Positions 1-10,699 are shown, counted from the first letter of the stretch. The stretch: DNA of 64,000 nt from Candidatus Krumholzibacteriota bacterium (GCA_963727455.1 CAVSGG010000007.1:64001-128000), one strand, 5' to 3'. Notes: a model not told the origin generated them from the sequence alone. Program-made: numbers and translations.

Positions 1-551
1 CCCACGCTTTCACCGTCGACCACGCTGTGCGGATCCATGAGCTTGTCCGGTTCCATCTGCGAGCCACAACTCTCGCACTGGTCACCGCGCGCACCCTCGG
101 CGCCGCAATAGGGACAGGTTCCCTCGACGTAGCGATCTGGCAGGAAGCGGCCGGCCGACTCGCTGTAGAACTGCAGGGTCGATTTCTTTTTCAGGATTCC
201 CTGGCCAAAAAGATCGAGAAAGAACTCGCTGGAGGTGCGGTAGTGAATTTCCCGGCTCGTCTGCGAGTAGTTGTCGAACTGCACTCCGAGGGCCTCGAAG
301 CTCTCCTTCATCGTGAGGTAGTTCCGATCGACCAGCATTTTGGGAGAGATGCCCTCTTTCTCGGCCGCGAGGGTGATGGGGACGCCGTGCTCGTCGCTCC
401 CGCAAATGAAGAGAACCTCATCCCCGATGATCTTCTTGAAGCGAACGAAGATGTCCGCCGGGACGTAGACTCCGGCGAGGTGTCCGAGGTGGATCGGGCC
501 GTTCGCATAGGGCAGAGCGGCCGTGACGAGGGTTCGCGCGAAATCCGTCAT
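1..551 (-). CDS. metG: Methionine--tRNA ligase, N-terminal part (runs off the window edge)
   Basis: Manual translation from ATG 551 (GAGGA RBS): MTDFARTLVTAALPYANGPIHLGHLAGVYVPADIFVRF...ICGSDEHG...DRYVEGTCPYCG...GDQCESCG. HIGH-type motif and Zn knuckles present. Not in the ORF track because it is truncated. Confidence 0.97.
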   Translation of the reverse strand, partial: MTDFARTLVTAALPYANGPIHLGHLAGVYVPADIFVRFKKIIGDEVLFICGSDEHGVPITLAAEKEGISPKMLVDRNYLTMKESFEALGVQFDNYSQTSREIHYRTSSEFFLDLFGQGILKKKSTLQFYSESAGRFLPDRYVEGTCPYCGAEGARGDQCESCGSQMEPDKLMDPHSVVDGESV

Positions 552-674
552 CGTGTTCCTCTTCGTTCGATACGAGCTGCGAAGCCGCCAGTGTAGGGGG
601 CCCATCCCTCGGCGGCAAGCGGGGGAGCGTCTTTGGCGCAATCCTTCGCTAGCGCGCAGCAGGGTTCAAAAGCT

Positions 675-2461
675 ATGCTGGTGCCTGAAATGGAACAGAT
701 CCTCGTATTCAGCACGCTCGTGGCCGCTCTCATCCTCTTTCTCTGGGGGCGACTGCGGCCCGATCTGGTCGCGATTCTGAGCCTTGATGGTTCTGGCGGT
801 GACCAGGGTGATCGAACCAGTCCGCGTATTCGCCGGCTTCGGGAACGAAGCCGTGATCTCGGTGGCGGCGATCTTCATGATGGGCCGGGCGGTGGAGAAC
901 GCCGGTCTCACCGATCCCCTCGCTCGCCTGCTCAGCGCCAAGAAACGGGGAACGATCGCTCAGAACGCCACGCTCTTCGGAAGCACGGCCATTCTCTCGG
1001 CGACCATGAACAACACCGGCGCCCTGGCCATCTTCATGCCCCTGGCGATTCGCCTGGCCCGCGATGCCCGCCAGATGGCCTCGAAGGTGCTGATGCCGCT
1101 GGCCTTCGCGTCGCTTCTGGGCGGGCTCATCACCCTCATCGGCACTCCCCCCAACATCCTGGTCGCGCAGATTCGCGCCGAACACGTAGGCGAGCCCTTC
1201 AGGATGTTCGATTTCACTCCGGTGGGGTTGGGGCTGGCCATCGCGGGAGTGGCGTTTCTCGCGGTCTGGGGTTGGCGCTTTCTGCCGGCGCGCCGAGGTG
1301 CCGCTTCCACCCGCGGCTTCTACCGCCTGGGAAAGTACTTTGCCGAGGTGGTGGTGCCCTCCGCAGAGCAAGCTGGTGGGCCGATCGCTCGCATCCTTCT
1401 CGGGCTTGGACCTCGACGTGAACGTGGTGGGGCTCGTCCGCGGGGAGAAACGCATTCCGGCGCCCGCTCCCGAGGAGATTTTACAGAGCGGAGACGCCCT
1501 TCTGGTGGAGGCGGCCAGCGACGAACTGAGAAAGCTCTTGCGGATCGGCGACCTTCAGCTGGGCACCGACCGTCCGATTGCCGAGAGCGAGTTGGGGGCG
1601 GGGGAGATCGTGCTACAGGAAGTGGTGATCACGCAGAGCTCTGTCCTCGTGGGCCGCACCGCCCGCGGCATGGCCTTGCGCAGCCGAATGGGCCTGAACG
1701 TCCTGGCCATTCACCGGCAGGGGGAGAGCATCGTGGCGCGCCTGCGCGAGACGCGCTTCCAGACGGGCGACGTCCTCTTGGTGCAAGTCGAGGGCCGAAG
1801 AGTGGGACGAGACCCTGCACGATCTGCGCATTCTTCCGCTGCGGGAACGCGAGCTGGAATTGGTTTCGACCCCCCGCGCGCTCAAGTGCCTTTTGATCTT
1901 CGCCGCCGCAGTGGTGGGAATCGCGACCGGGATACTCTCTCTGGGCGTGGCGTTCAGCTCGGCCGCGTTCTGATGATTCTCACTGGGGTTCTCACTCTCA
2001 AGGAGGCCTACAGCGCGGTGGATTGGCCGGTGATCGTGCTCCTGGGGGCGACCTTGCCGTTGGGTTGGGCGCTGGAAAGCAGCGGCGGGGCGAGCACCAT
2101 CGCTCACTCGCTGATGGAACTCGAGCCGGGTGCGCCGGGTTACATACTCGTGGGGACCATGTTAGTGACGACCATGTTGCTTTCGAATCTCATCAACAAC
2201 GCGGCCACCGCAGTCATCATGGCACCGATTGCATTTCGCTTCGCAATCCAGCTCGGTTACAGCCCGGATACCTTCTTCATGGCGGTGGCGGTGGGAGCTT
2301 CCTGTGCGTTTTTGACTCCAATCGGGCATCAGTGCAATCTTCTGGTCCTGGGTCCGGGTGGCTATCGGTTCTCCGACTACTCTCGCCTGGGCATTCCGAT
2401 GTCCATTTTGACGGTACTGGTGGCAGTGCCTCTCATCCTATTCTTTTGGCCCCTGAGCTGA
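675..2461 (+). pseudogene. SLC13/CitMHS-type permease with two TrkA-C domains, interrupted by 4 single-base frameshifts (pseudogene or assembly error)
   Basis: Pieces in different frames join into one protein: EQILVF..RPDLVAILS / LMVLAVT..GFGNEAVISVAA..MNNTG..TLIGTPPNI / PPQSKLVGRSL (TrkA-C) / AEEWDETLHDLRILPL / ..INNAAT..FLTPIGHQCN..GPGGYRFSDY. Indels near 783, 1358, 1793 and 1966. Confidence 0.85.
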
Positions 2462-2551
2462 CTCGATCGCGAGGAAGTGCCGGATCGCCTTTTGCCCTTA
2501 TTTTGATAGCCTTTCGTAGCGCCATCGTGAGCGCATCGCCGAGGTGAACTC

Positions 2552-4825
2552 ATGCTCAGACGATTGCATTCGAGCTGGCTCGTGTTGCTCCTGCTCCTGC
2601 TTTGCTCGGACATGGCACGGGCGATTCCCGGCCAAGGAAGCGACGGCCAAGCGGATTTCACTCCGCCGGAGATCGACCCCAACGCGGTCACCGCCCGCCT
2701 GCTCTCCAGCTCCAAGACCATCGTAGCGGGCAAAACGCTAGAGCTGGGGATTCATCTGCACATGAAACCCGGATGGCACACCTATTGGCAGAACGGTGGG
2801 GATGCCGGCCTGCCCACTTCGGTACAGTGGACCCTGCCTAAAGGGCTGAAGGCTGGGAAGATTCTCTGGCCCACGCCCCACCGCTACGTAGAAGGCGGCG
2901 AGCTCGTCACCTACGGCTACATGGACGAGGTGCTGCTCCTCACCGAGATTACCGTGCCCCCCGATCTGCCATCCTCGGGCAGTGTCGAAATCGGTGCCAA
3001 AGTGAGCTGGCTCATGTGCAAGGCGCTTTGCATTCCGGGCGAAGCCGAGTTGAGCTTGAGCTTGCCCATCGCATCCCAGCTCGAACCCGATTCCTCGGTG
3101 GCGGGACTCTTTCGCGCCGCTCACGAGCGCCTGCCGCGCACCGCCGATCAGTACGAGGGAATGAAATCGCAAGCCTATCTCAGCATGAACGCAGTTCCCT
3201 TGGGCCAGAGCGCGCACGCCGCCTTCGTGGTGGAAGGTCCGGTGGACTTCAGCGAAGCCGAGTTGACCTGGTTCCCCCGGGCTGAAGCGGGAATCCAAGT
3301 TTCCCAAGCCAGCTTCGAGAGGAAGAAGGGAAAGCTGAGCTTGTTGGTGCCCTTCGCTCTCGACCCGGATCTCGCCCCCGGCAGCGAGACTGACCGCCTC
3401 AGCGGGGTCCTGGAAATCCACCAGGGCTCGAAAGAGTGGTACCTGAGTCTCTCCACCCCGGTTCCGGTGGCGAAGGAGGGCGAGTCCATTCATGCCACTC
3501 ATTCGCAGATCTTCGCCGCTCTGAGCGGTGCGGGACCCGTGGAGGCGCCGCCCTTGGCGAAAGGACCGCTCTGGCACTATCTGCTTCTGGCTCTCGTGGG
3601 TGGAGTGATCCTGAACGTAATGCCCTGCGTGTTGCCTGTGCTCTCACTCAAGGTGATGAGTTTCGTCACGCACTCCGATCGTGATCGCGCAACCGTCTTG
3701 AAACTCAGCCTGGCCTTTTCCTTGGGGGTGCTGGCGAGCTTCCTGGCGCTCGCTCTGACGATCGTCGCCCTCCAGGGCGCGGGACAGCTGCTCGGCTGGG
3801 GCTTTCAGTTCCAGAATCCCACTTTCGTGGTGGTGATGATCGCGATCGTCTTCGGCTTCGGATTGAGCCTCTTCGGACTTTTCGAAATCATCCCTCCCGC
3901 CGGCAGCTTCCAGGGTAGCCACGGATTGTACGGCGAGCAGTTCTTCAACGGAGTTTTGGCCACCATACTGGCCACGCCCTGTAGCGCGCCGTTCTTGGGA
4001 AGCGCCCTCGGTTTCGCTTTCACTCAGCCGCCGCTTTCCATCATCGCGGTCTTCTTGACCATCGGGGTGGGACTCGCGCTGCCCTACGTCCTGTTGTCGG
4101 TCAATCCAGCCTGGCTGCGCTTCGTGCCCAAGCCGGGGCCCTGGATGGAACGCTTCAAACAATTTATGGGATTTTTGCTCATGGCAACCGTTGTGTGGCT
4201 GCTCTGGGTCGTCTCCCAACAACTGGGCACTACGGGACTCGTCCGCGTGTTGTGGTTCATATTGGTCCTGGCGCTCGCGCTGTGGATCCATGGGACTTAT
4301 CTCAGTTTGAGTTCTTCTGTGCCGCGGCGGTTGTTGGTCTGGACAGTGACCCTGGCGCTCGTGGTGGGTGGATGGCAGTACTTCCTGCAGGAAACTCTTT
4401 CAGCGGAGGGCATCGCGCAGGCGCAGGTCACCAGGGGGGCCGTGGCCGAAGAGCGCGTGGAGGGAGTTCGTTGGGTTCCCTTCAGTCCCGACGCGCTCAG
4501 CGAGGCAGTGAAGAGCGGGAATACGGTTTTCGTCGATTTCACGGCCGCCTGGTGCCTGACCTGCAAGGCCAACGAGAAGGCGGTCATCGATACCAAAGAA
4601 GTGACGAACAAGTTCAAGGAACTCGGCGTCGTCACCATGTTGGGAGATTGGACTCAGCGCGATCCCGTCATCTCGAAGGTGTTACGCGAACACGGCAGGA
4701 GCGGAGTTCCGTTCTATGCCGTGTTTCCCGCCAACCGGCTTGACGATCCGATCGTTTTGCCCGAGATCATCGACAAGTCGTTGGTGATCGATGCCCTCGA
4801 GAAAGCGGACGCGAGTCGAAGCTGA
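2552..4825 (+). CDS. dsbD: Protein-disulfide reductase DsbD family (N-terminal Ig-like, TM and thioredoxin domains)
   Basis: Signal peptide; GWHTYWQN..G.P; CKALC; TM cysteines NVMPCVLP and TPCSAPF; C-terminal DFTAAWCLTCKANE. Confidence 0.9.
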   Translation: MLRRLHSSWLVLLLLLLCSDMARAIPGQGSDGQADFTPPEIDPNAVTARLLSSSKTIVAGKTLELGIHLHMKPGWHTYWQNGGDAGLPTSVQWTLPKGLKAGKILWPTPHRYVEGGELVTYGYMDEVLLLTEITVPPDLPSSGSVEIGAKVSWLMCKALCIPGEAELSLSLPIASQLEPDSSVAGLFRAAHERLPRTADQYEGMKSQAYLSMNAVPLGQSAHAAFVVEGPVDFSEAELTWFPRAEAGIQVSQASFERKKGKLSLLVPFALDPDLAPGSETDRLSGVLEIHQGSKEWYLSLSTPVPVAKEGESIHATHSQIFAALSGAGPVEAPPLAKGPLWHYLLLALVGGVILNVMPCVLPVLSLKVMSFVTHSDRDRATVLKLSLAFSLGVLASFLALALTIVALQGAGQLLGWGFQFQNPTFVVVMIAIVFGFGLSLFGLFEIIPPAGSFQGSHGLYGEQFFNGVLATILATPCSAPFLGSALGFAFTQPPLSIIAVFLTIGVGLALPYVLLSVNPAWLRFVPKPGPWMERFKQFMGFLLMATVVWLLWVVSQQLGTTGLVRVLWFILVLALALWIHGTYLSLSSSVPRRLLVWTVTLALVVGGWQYFLQETLSAEGIAQAQVTRGAVAEERVEGVRWVPFSPDALSEAVKSGNTVFVDFTAAWCLTCKANEKAVIDTKEVTNKFKELGVVTMLGDWTQRDPVISKVLREHGRSGVPFYAVFPANRLDDPIVLPEIIDKSLVIDALEKADASRS

Positions 4826-4879
4826 GTCTTGTCGTGTTTTCAAATTTCCCCCGCCATCATCAAGCGTAGGAGGAATCTC

Positions 4880-5482
4880 ATGCAACGAGCTCTTCGAATT
4901 GCCGGACTGGCGCTTCTTTTGGCAAGCATGATCGCGCCATGTACCGCCCTGGCCGGAGAACTCACAGTGGGCTCGAAAGTGCCCGATTTCACTCTCACCG
5001 ATTTTAAGGGCGAGACGCACACGCTGAGCGACTATGAGGGTAAGATCGTGGTTCTGGAATGGACCAATCCCCAGTGTCCCTTCGTGCAGAACGTCTACGC
5101 CAACAATCTCATGTCCGATCTGGATGCCTTCTGCAAGCAGAACGGGGTGGTGCACTTGGGCGTTGACAGCTCGCACTTCGTAACGGCCGAAGCCGAAAAG
5201 AAGTGGGCGGAGAGTCAGGACATCAAGAACCCGATTCTCTTGGATCCCAGCGGGGCGGTCGGCCTGAAGTACGGGGCGAAGACGACACCCCACATGTTCG
5301 TGATCGGCAAGAACGGCACTTTGCTCTACAGTGGCGCCATCGACGACAACCCGAAGCCCTCTGGCCGGGGCGCGACGAACTACGTGACGAGCGCGCTGAA
5401 AGCGGCGCTTGCCGGCAAGGCTGTCGAAGTCACTCACGAGAAGCCCTACGGTTGCTCGGTGAAATACGCGAAGGGTACATGA
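4880..5482 (+). CDS. Exported redoxin / AhpC-TSA thioredoxin-fold protein
   Basis: AGGAGG RBS, signal peptide, VPDFTL..GKIVVLEWTNPQCPFV, YGAKTTPHMFVI, YSGAIDD, PYGCSVKY. Confidence 0.88.
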   Translation: MQRALRIAGLALLLASMIAPCTALAGELTVGSKVPDFTLTDFKGETHTLSDYEGKIVVLEWTNPQCPFVQNVYANNLMSDLDAFCKQNGVVHLGVDSSHFVTAEAEKKWAESQDIKNPILLDPSGAVGLKYGAKTTPHMFVIGKNGTLLYSGAIDDNPKPSGRGATNYVTSALKAALAGKAVEVTHEKPYGCSVKYAKGT

Positions 5483-6303
5483 GAGAAGACGACCACACTT
5501 CACGGGAAGCCTCCCGTGACCCGCATCCCTCCTCCGGGACGCGAGCTTCCGACCTGAGCGGAGAGATCGACTTCTGGGATGATCGCGCGGCCGCAAGCGA
5601 CTACCGCGAGCGGCTCGCGATCACTCCGGAACAATACATGGATCAGGAAATCTGGCTCGCCGCCTGGAAGAAGATCCTGCCCCCTCTGCAGGGACTGACC
5701 GTACTCGATTGCGGCAGCGGAATGGGGGCCATTGCGGCTTGGTGCGCACTCGCCGGCGCGCGCGTCGTCGGGTTCGACATCGCCCAGAACATGGCTCGTC
5801 TCGCCAAGGAGTACGCCATCCATCACGGAGCTGCGGTTTCGATGATGGCTTCCACGTTCGAGGAATTGCCCCTGAAGGACCACTGCATCGACCTCGCGGT
5901 GGGCCAGTACATCCTTCACCACACCGACGTCGACCGCTCGATCGATGAACTGAAGCGGGTCGTCAAACCCAACGGAATGGGTCTGTTCGTGGAGAACATG
6001 GCGCTCAATCCGCTGATTCGCCGCTATCTGGCATCGAGTCTCTTCGAGGAGGGAGTGATGCGGGAGGGATCTCCCGAGGAGTGTCCGATCTTTCCCGAGC
6101 GAGTGCAGCACATGAAGAGCGTCTGCCGCGAGGTGCGCATGCACTGGCCCAGCTTCGTGTTCTTCGAAATTTTGTTCTCCAGACTGCCAGTTCTGCGGCG
6201 CCGCTGGGGACAAGCATTCGATGACGGCCTCTATCGGCTCAACCGAAACCGTGAGAGCTTCTTGCGCAACAGCTACTTCGCGATCCTGGAATTGCGCTTC
6301 TAG
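5479..6303 (+). CDS. Class I SAM-dependent methyltransferase
   Basis: ATGA overlap with the upstream stop; VLDCGSGMG, VVGFDIA, ELPLKD..DL..ILHH..RVVKPNG. Confidence 0.85.
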   Translation: MREDDHTSREASRDPHPSSGTRASDLSGEIDFWDDRAAASDYRERLAITPEQYMDQEIWLAAWKKILPPLQGLTVLDCGSGMGAIAAWCALAGARVVGFDIAQNMARLAKEYAIHHGAAVSMMASTFEELPLKDHCIDLAVGQYILHHTDVDRSIDELKRVVKPNGMGLFVENMALNPLIRRYLASSLFEEGVMREGSPEECPIFPERVQHMKSVCREVRMHWPSFVFFEILFSRLPVLRRRWGQAFDDGLYRLNRNRESFLRNSYFAILELRF

Positions 6304-6315
6304 AGATCCGCGCGC

Positions 6316-7038
6316 TCAACCGCGGCCGAAGTGAGAGAGCAGAATCCCGGCCGCGACGTTTACGTTCAGAGACTCCATCTCGACTTCACCGCGTGCAACC
6401 CGGGGAATTCGTACCAGCATCTCGCAGCGCTTGCGCGTGAGCTGGCGCAATCCACCGCCCTCGTTTCCCAGCACGAGGACACAGCGCTCCCTTGGCTCGA
6501 CTTCGTGAAAGTCGACCGCCTCTTCCAGGGCCGCTCCAACGATGAAGTATCCCGCGTCGGCGAGGCTCAGCAGGGCCATGGAGAGATTCGACACTTCCGC
6601 CACTTTGAAGAACTCGAGCGCTCCGGCCGAAGCGCGGGAAGCGGCCGGCGAGAGCGGGGCCGAATGGGATCGGAGTACGAGCATCGCGTCGGCTCCCAAA
6701 AACGCAGCCGAGCGCGCTATCCCGCCCAGATTTTGCGGATCCTCGATCTGGTCCAGTGCCACCAGAAGAGAGCGCATCCCCGCTTCCGCGCTCAGCTCCT
6801 CCAGGCTGAGAAGCGGCAGTGCCCCGCACTCGAGCACCACGCCCTGATGGTAGCGGCTCTTGGCCAGAGTGCTCAGCTCGTGCGCGGATTTTTCCTGGTA
6901 GGGGACTTCGGCGGCACGCGCGAGTTGCAAGATCTCCTTGATGCGCGCCGAGGACTTGCCGGCTTTCAAGTAGAGCCGGACGAGCTGACGCCGCTGCTGT
7001 CTGAGGGCTTCGGCCACCGGTAGAATTCCGTAGAGCAT
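6316..7038 (-). CDS. rlmB: 23S rRNA (Gm2251) 2'-O-methyltransferase, TrmH/SpoU family
   Basis: LYGILPV.EAL, HQGV, LDQIEDPQNLGGIARSA, ASAGA, LVLGNEG.GLR, ESLNVNVA. Confidence 0.92.
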   Translation of the reverse strand: MLYGILPVAEALRQQRRQLVRLYLKAGKSSARIKEILQLARAAEVPYQEKSAHELSTLAKSRYHQGVVLECGALPLLSLEELSAEAGMRSLLVALDQIEDPQNLGGIARSAAFLGADAMLVLRSHSAPLSPAASRASAGALEFFKVAEVSNLSMALLSLADAGYFIVGAALEEAVDFHEVEPRERCVLVLGNEGGGLRQLTRKRCEMLVRIPRVARGEVEMESLNVNVAAGILLSHFGRG

Positions 7039-7151
7039 CCTCGCGATTTCTCCTTCGAGGCAGGAGAGAGTCGAGAGGATGACATCTAGCTCGGCCTGAG
7101 GCTACAATTCTCTGTGGTCGACCTGATTTCCCTGTGAGCAGGAGTGAAACG

Positions 7152-8177
7152 ATGAGCTACCGACTATTGGGCAGAACGGGCCTCCTGGTTCATCCTCTCT
7201 GTCTGGGTACCATGAACTTCGGGAATGAACGCTGGGGTTGCGACGAGAAGACCAGTCTGGACATTCTGGCTGCCTACGTCGATCGCGGCGGGAATTTCAT
7301 CGACACTGCCAACCGCTATGCCGCGGGGCGAAGCGAGGAGATCATCGGCAAGTTCCTCAAGGGACGAAGAGAGGAAATCGTTCTGGCCACCAAGTGCTTC
7401 TTTCCGGAGGGCGATGGTCCCAATCAGATCGGTCTCAGCCGCAAGAACATTTTCGAACAGGTGGAATACTCTCTGCGCCGTCTCGACACCGACTACATCG
7501 ACCTCTACCAGGTCCACATCTGGGACCCCTTGACTCCGATCGAAGAGACGCTCTCTGCGCTGAGCGACCTCGTGCATCAGGGGAAAGTCCGCTATCTGGG
7601 CTGCTGCAATTTCACCGGGTGGCAGCTTGTGATGGCAATGGAACGCGCGCGCGCGGAAGGACTGGAGAGCTTCGCGGTTACCCAGCCCCAATACAACCTC
7701 CTGTGCCGCGACATCGAGGTGAGTCTCATCCCGGCCTGCGAGGAATACGATCTGGGGATTCTGGCCTGGAGTCCTCTGGCCTTTGGGCTGCTGGCGGGGA
7801 AGTACTCCTTCGAAGGCGGCCCCGAGGGCTCGCGGATGAGCGCACCTTCGCAGGACGACGTCATGTACTCCTGGCGAGAGCGCATGTGGACGAAGCAGAA
7901 TTTCGAGATCATCGAGCTGCTGAAACTGAAAGCCGCCGAGTTGGAGGCGAGTCCGGTGGCGTTGGCCCTGGATTGGGTATTGAGCCAGGAGCTCGTCACC
8001 AGCGCGATTATCGGCCCCCGCACCCTCGAGCAACTCGAGGGAAACTGGGAGGCCGTCACCTGTCAGGTACCGGTGGAGCTGCTCGAGGATCTCGATGATC
8101 GCAGCGCACCCTTCGAAAACTATCTCGACTTCATGCAGGGCGGAGTGACGATGCGCAGGATCGAACAGATGGAATGA
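7152..8177 (+). CDS. Aldo/keto reductase
   Basis: LGRTGL.V..LCLGTMNFG, NFIDTANRY..G.SEEIIG, LATK, SLRRLDTDYIDLYQVH, WSPLA.GLL.GKY. Confidence 0.93.
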   Translation: MSYRLLGRTGLLVHPLCLGTMNFGNERWGCDEKTSLDILAAYVDRGGNFIDTANRYAAGRSEEIIGKFLKGRREEIVLATKCFFPEGDGPNQIGLSRKNIFEQVEYSLRRLDTDYIDLYQVHIWDPLTPIEETLSALSDLVHQGKVRYLGCCNFTGWQLVMAMERARAEGLESFAVTQPQYNLLCRDIEVSLIPACEEYDLGILAWSPLAFGLLAGKYSFEGGPEGSRMSAPSQDDVMYSWRERMWTKQNFEIIELLKLKAAELEASPVALALDWVLSQELVTSAIIGPRTLEQLEGNWEAVTCQVPVELLEDLDDRSAPFENYLDFMQGGVTMRRIEQME

Positions 8178-8190
8178 AAGCGCTTCGCTT

Positions 8191-9600
8191 TCAGCGCATC
8201 GCCATCTCGCGGGTGATGTACGAAGGAAGACGCGGAGTTTCGGTGGAATAGACGTAACTCTGCAGCCAGTCGTGGAATTCGAATCCTGTCAGTTCGCGAA
8301 GACCTCTCTCCAGAGTTTGCCGGGTGAGGACGAAGTCGGGGTTCTTCGAGGCCTTTTGGGCCAAAAGGTACATGAGGTCGTCGAGGCTATATTTTTGTTG
8401 CGAGAGCTCGTCGATTTCGGCGTCGAGCGCGGAAGCCACGAAGAGGCCGCAGCTGTACATGAATCGGGTGGTCTCTGAGTCGATGAGCACTTCCTTGCCG
8501 GCGTCGGCGAGACTCACTTTTCCGCGCAACGGGCTGAGCTCGAATTCCGTGTGATAGCGTTCGTTGAGCACACGCGCGTACTCGGAGAAGCTCATGATTC
8601 CGGCTTCGAGCCGGGTCTGATAAGCGTAGAACTCGGTCACCCCCTCGATGAACCAGTTCATGTCATAGCGGTGCTGGCCAATCAACTCCCCGCACCAGTT
8701 GTGATAGAACTCGTGAGCGCAGAGTTGCGCGGGTTCCTTCTGCAAGCGATCACGATCGGTGTTGGAATCGATGAGCAGGATCATGCTCCCATCGTAGTGC
8801 AGTCCGAAGTAGCGCAGCGTCTCGGGGTCGCCGGAGCGGGGATGGGGATTCACCAAGAAGACGTACTCCTTGCGCAACGCTCCACCGAAAATGTCCATCT
8901 GCACCGCTGCGAGTTGACTGACGGTGTCCAGGAGATCCTGATCGCGGAAGCGGTACTTGCCGCGGATCGCGACTCGCAGGCGGCAGTCGCGAACCGTGCG
9001 CTCGAGAGTGCGATACTCGCCCAATCCCACGGCGGAGTGATAGAGGGATCTCACATTGGGATACACCGCAGTGTTCGCGCCGGTCTGGAAGGGATTGATC
9101 AGGGACCACGAGTCGGGTAGCTCGTAGTTGACCTGGATGTTTCTTGGGGCGCCGAAAACGGGGAACACGAAGAGATCGCTTCCCACCAGGCGGGCGCCGT
9201 GTTCGTCGATGTGACTCAGAATCTGCTGGGTAAATTCACCGCCGGCGAGGCCCGCCTTCAGCCAGATCTCATAGCGGAGCTTTACGCCACCCCCCTTGGC
9301 TCTGATCTTCCAGTGATTTTCGCCACGTTCCACCGGAGTCGAAGTTCCCGCGGCATTCAGCGCTTCACGCAAGCGAATGCGCGCGGGTACTTCGGAGTTC
9401 TGCGCATCGGTGCTCGCGGTCGTGAGATAGAGGTTGCGCGCTTTCATGCGTGAGGCATTCACGCGTACTTCGAGCACGCCATTTTTCGCGTCGACGACTC
9501 TGATGTGGTAACTGAGATCGAACTGTTCGCCGTTGGGATCGGGACGCAGAGTGACGCCAAGGACGACGCCTCCGACCACCGCGGCGAGAACTGCCACCAC
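8191..9600 (-). CDS. Membrane-anchored or secreted M61-like (gluzincin) zinc metallopeptidase
   Basis: N-terminal hydrophobic segment; AHEFYHNW...WFIEGVTEFY; distal Y..G motif. Start codon uncertain. Confidence 0.8.
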   Translation of the reverse strand: MVAVLAAVVGGVVLGVTLRPDPNGEQFDLSYHIRVVDAKNGVLEVRVNASRMKARNLYLTTASTDAQNSEVPARIRLREALNAAGTSTPVERGENHWKIRAKGGGVKLRYEIWLKAGLAGGEFTQQILSHIDEHGARLVGSDLFVFPVFGAPRNIQVNYELPDSWSLINPFQTGANTAVYPNVRSLYHSAVGLGEYRTLERTVRDCRLRVAIRGKYRFRDQDLLDTVSQLAAVQMDIFGGALRKEYVFLVNPHPRSGDPETLRYFGLHYDGSMILLIDSNTDRDRLQKEPAQLCAHEFYHNWCGELIGQHRYDMNWFIEGVTEFYAYQTRLEAGIMSFSEYARVLNERYHTEFELSPLRGKVSLADAGKEVLIDSETTRFMYSCGLFVASALDAEIDELSQQKYSLDDLMYLLAQKASKNPDFVLTRQTLERGLRELTGFEFHDWLQSYVYSTETPRLPSYITREMAMR

Positions 9601-9736
9601 CAGCGCTCGCCACAGCGAGCGACGGGCATGCTGCCGCTTCGGCTCGCCGAGGATCGACAGACTGCTGGGAGTCTGGTTGTTCCCGTAAATGGCGTTTCCG
9701 TCCCCGGCATGCCCCCCAGAGCATCCGAATCAAAAC

Positions 9737-9753
9737 AGCACGGGGCGTGCCAG
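9737..9753 (-). promoter_or_regulatory. Sigma54 (-24/-12) promoter upstream of the M61 peptidase
   Basis: Minus strand CTGGCACGCCCCGTGCT: TGGCACG and exact GG-N10-GC spacing, in an intergenic position. Confidence 0.6.
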
Positions 9754-9760
9754 GGAAGGA

Positions 9761-10579
9761 TTAGAAGCGGACCCGAAGCAGAGGCAAGCCCAGGTCCGAA
9801 GGCCCCGGCAGAGGGAGCCAGGCCACTGAAGAGGACGCGGGGTCCGTCTCGCCGCGACGCGGCTGGTAAGCCTTCCCCAGGATCGAACTCACGGTATAGC
9901 CCAGCGTCCAGCCGAAGATCACGTCACTCAGGTAGTGCTTCTTGCCCTGCACGCGCGAGAGTCCGATGTAGCCGGCAGCAGCATAGGCAGGGGCTCCCAC
10001 CCACCAGCCGAAGCGCAATTGGAGGATCCTGGCCGAGGCCATGGCGGCACTGGCGTGCCCTGAAGGAAAGCTCTTGTCGTTGCTCTCGTCGGGCCGAACC
10101 CGGCCGACGCCCTTCTTCAAGAGGGTGGTGAAGCCAGCCGTGATCAAGTTCGATTCCAGGTAGAGGATTCCCGTATCCCGGACTTTCCGGTTGCCGATCA
10201 ATTGTCCCGAAGCGGTGAGCCCCAGACTCATCAGTGCGACGTATTTGCGGTGCCCCATCTCACGCCCAATTCGCTGCGCGTCGGGGCCCAGCGGCTTTTG
10301 CCGGTAGAAACGATCCGAGACCTCGTCATCCGACGGGAGCGCGCACAGACTCGCGGCCAGGCCGGCTCCCAGACCGAGAAGGGTCCCCCTGGTTCCTGCT
10401 TCTTGCCAGGCTCGCTCGAAGTGTCCGGGGGTGAAGGGAAAGGGTGGATGTGGGGCCGTCTGTGCGCTCGTGCTCATGGGCGGGGCCGCATCCTGGGCCC
10501 GCGCGGGTCCGCACCAAGCCGAGAGAGCGAGCGTGAAGAGGAGAATGAGATGCAGAAGGAGTGCGAGAGTTTTCGACAT
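9761..10579 (-). CDS. PAP2 family phosphatase with signal peptide
   Basis: KKGVGRVRPD, SFPSGH, SRVQGKKHYLSDV. Confidence 0.88.
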   Translation of the reverse strand: MSKTLALLLHLILLFTLALSAWCGPARAQDAAPPMSTSAQTAPHPPFPFTPGHFERAWQEAGTRGTLLGLGAGLAASLCALPSDDEVSDRFYRQKPLGPDAQRIGREMGHRKYVALMSLGLTASGQLIGNRKVRDTGILYLESNLITAGFTTLLKKGVGRVRPDESNDKSFPSGHASAAMASARILQLRFGWWVGAPAYAAAGYIGLSRVQGKKHYLSDVIFGWTLGYTVSSILGKAYQPRRGETDPASSSVAWLPLPGPSDLGLPLLRVRF

Positions 10580-10699
10580 CGACGAGCCCCATGAGTTGAA
10601 GCTCCGACCGCGCCGACCCCTCTCGGTCTTCTCGATCGAAGAGCTGGCGCCAAGATGCCCCAGAGCCCGCAACTTGGCAAGGGCGTGCCGCCAGACCGC

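Noticed and set aside
27-596. 189-aa plus-strand ORF
   Set aside because: Antisense shadow of metG.
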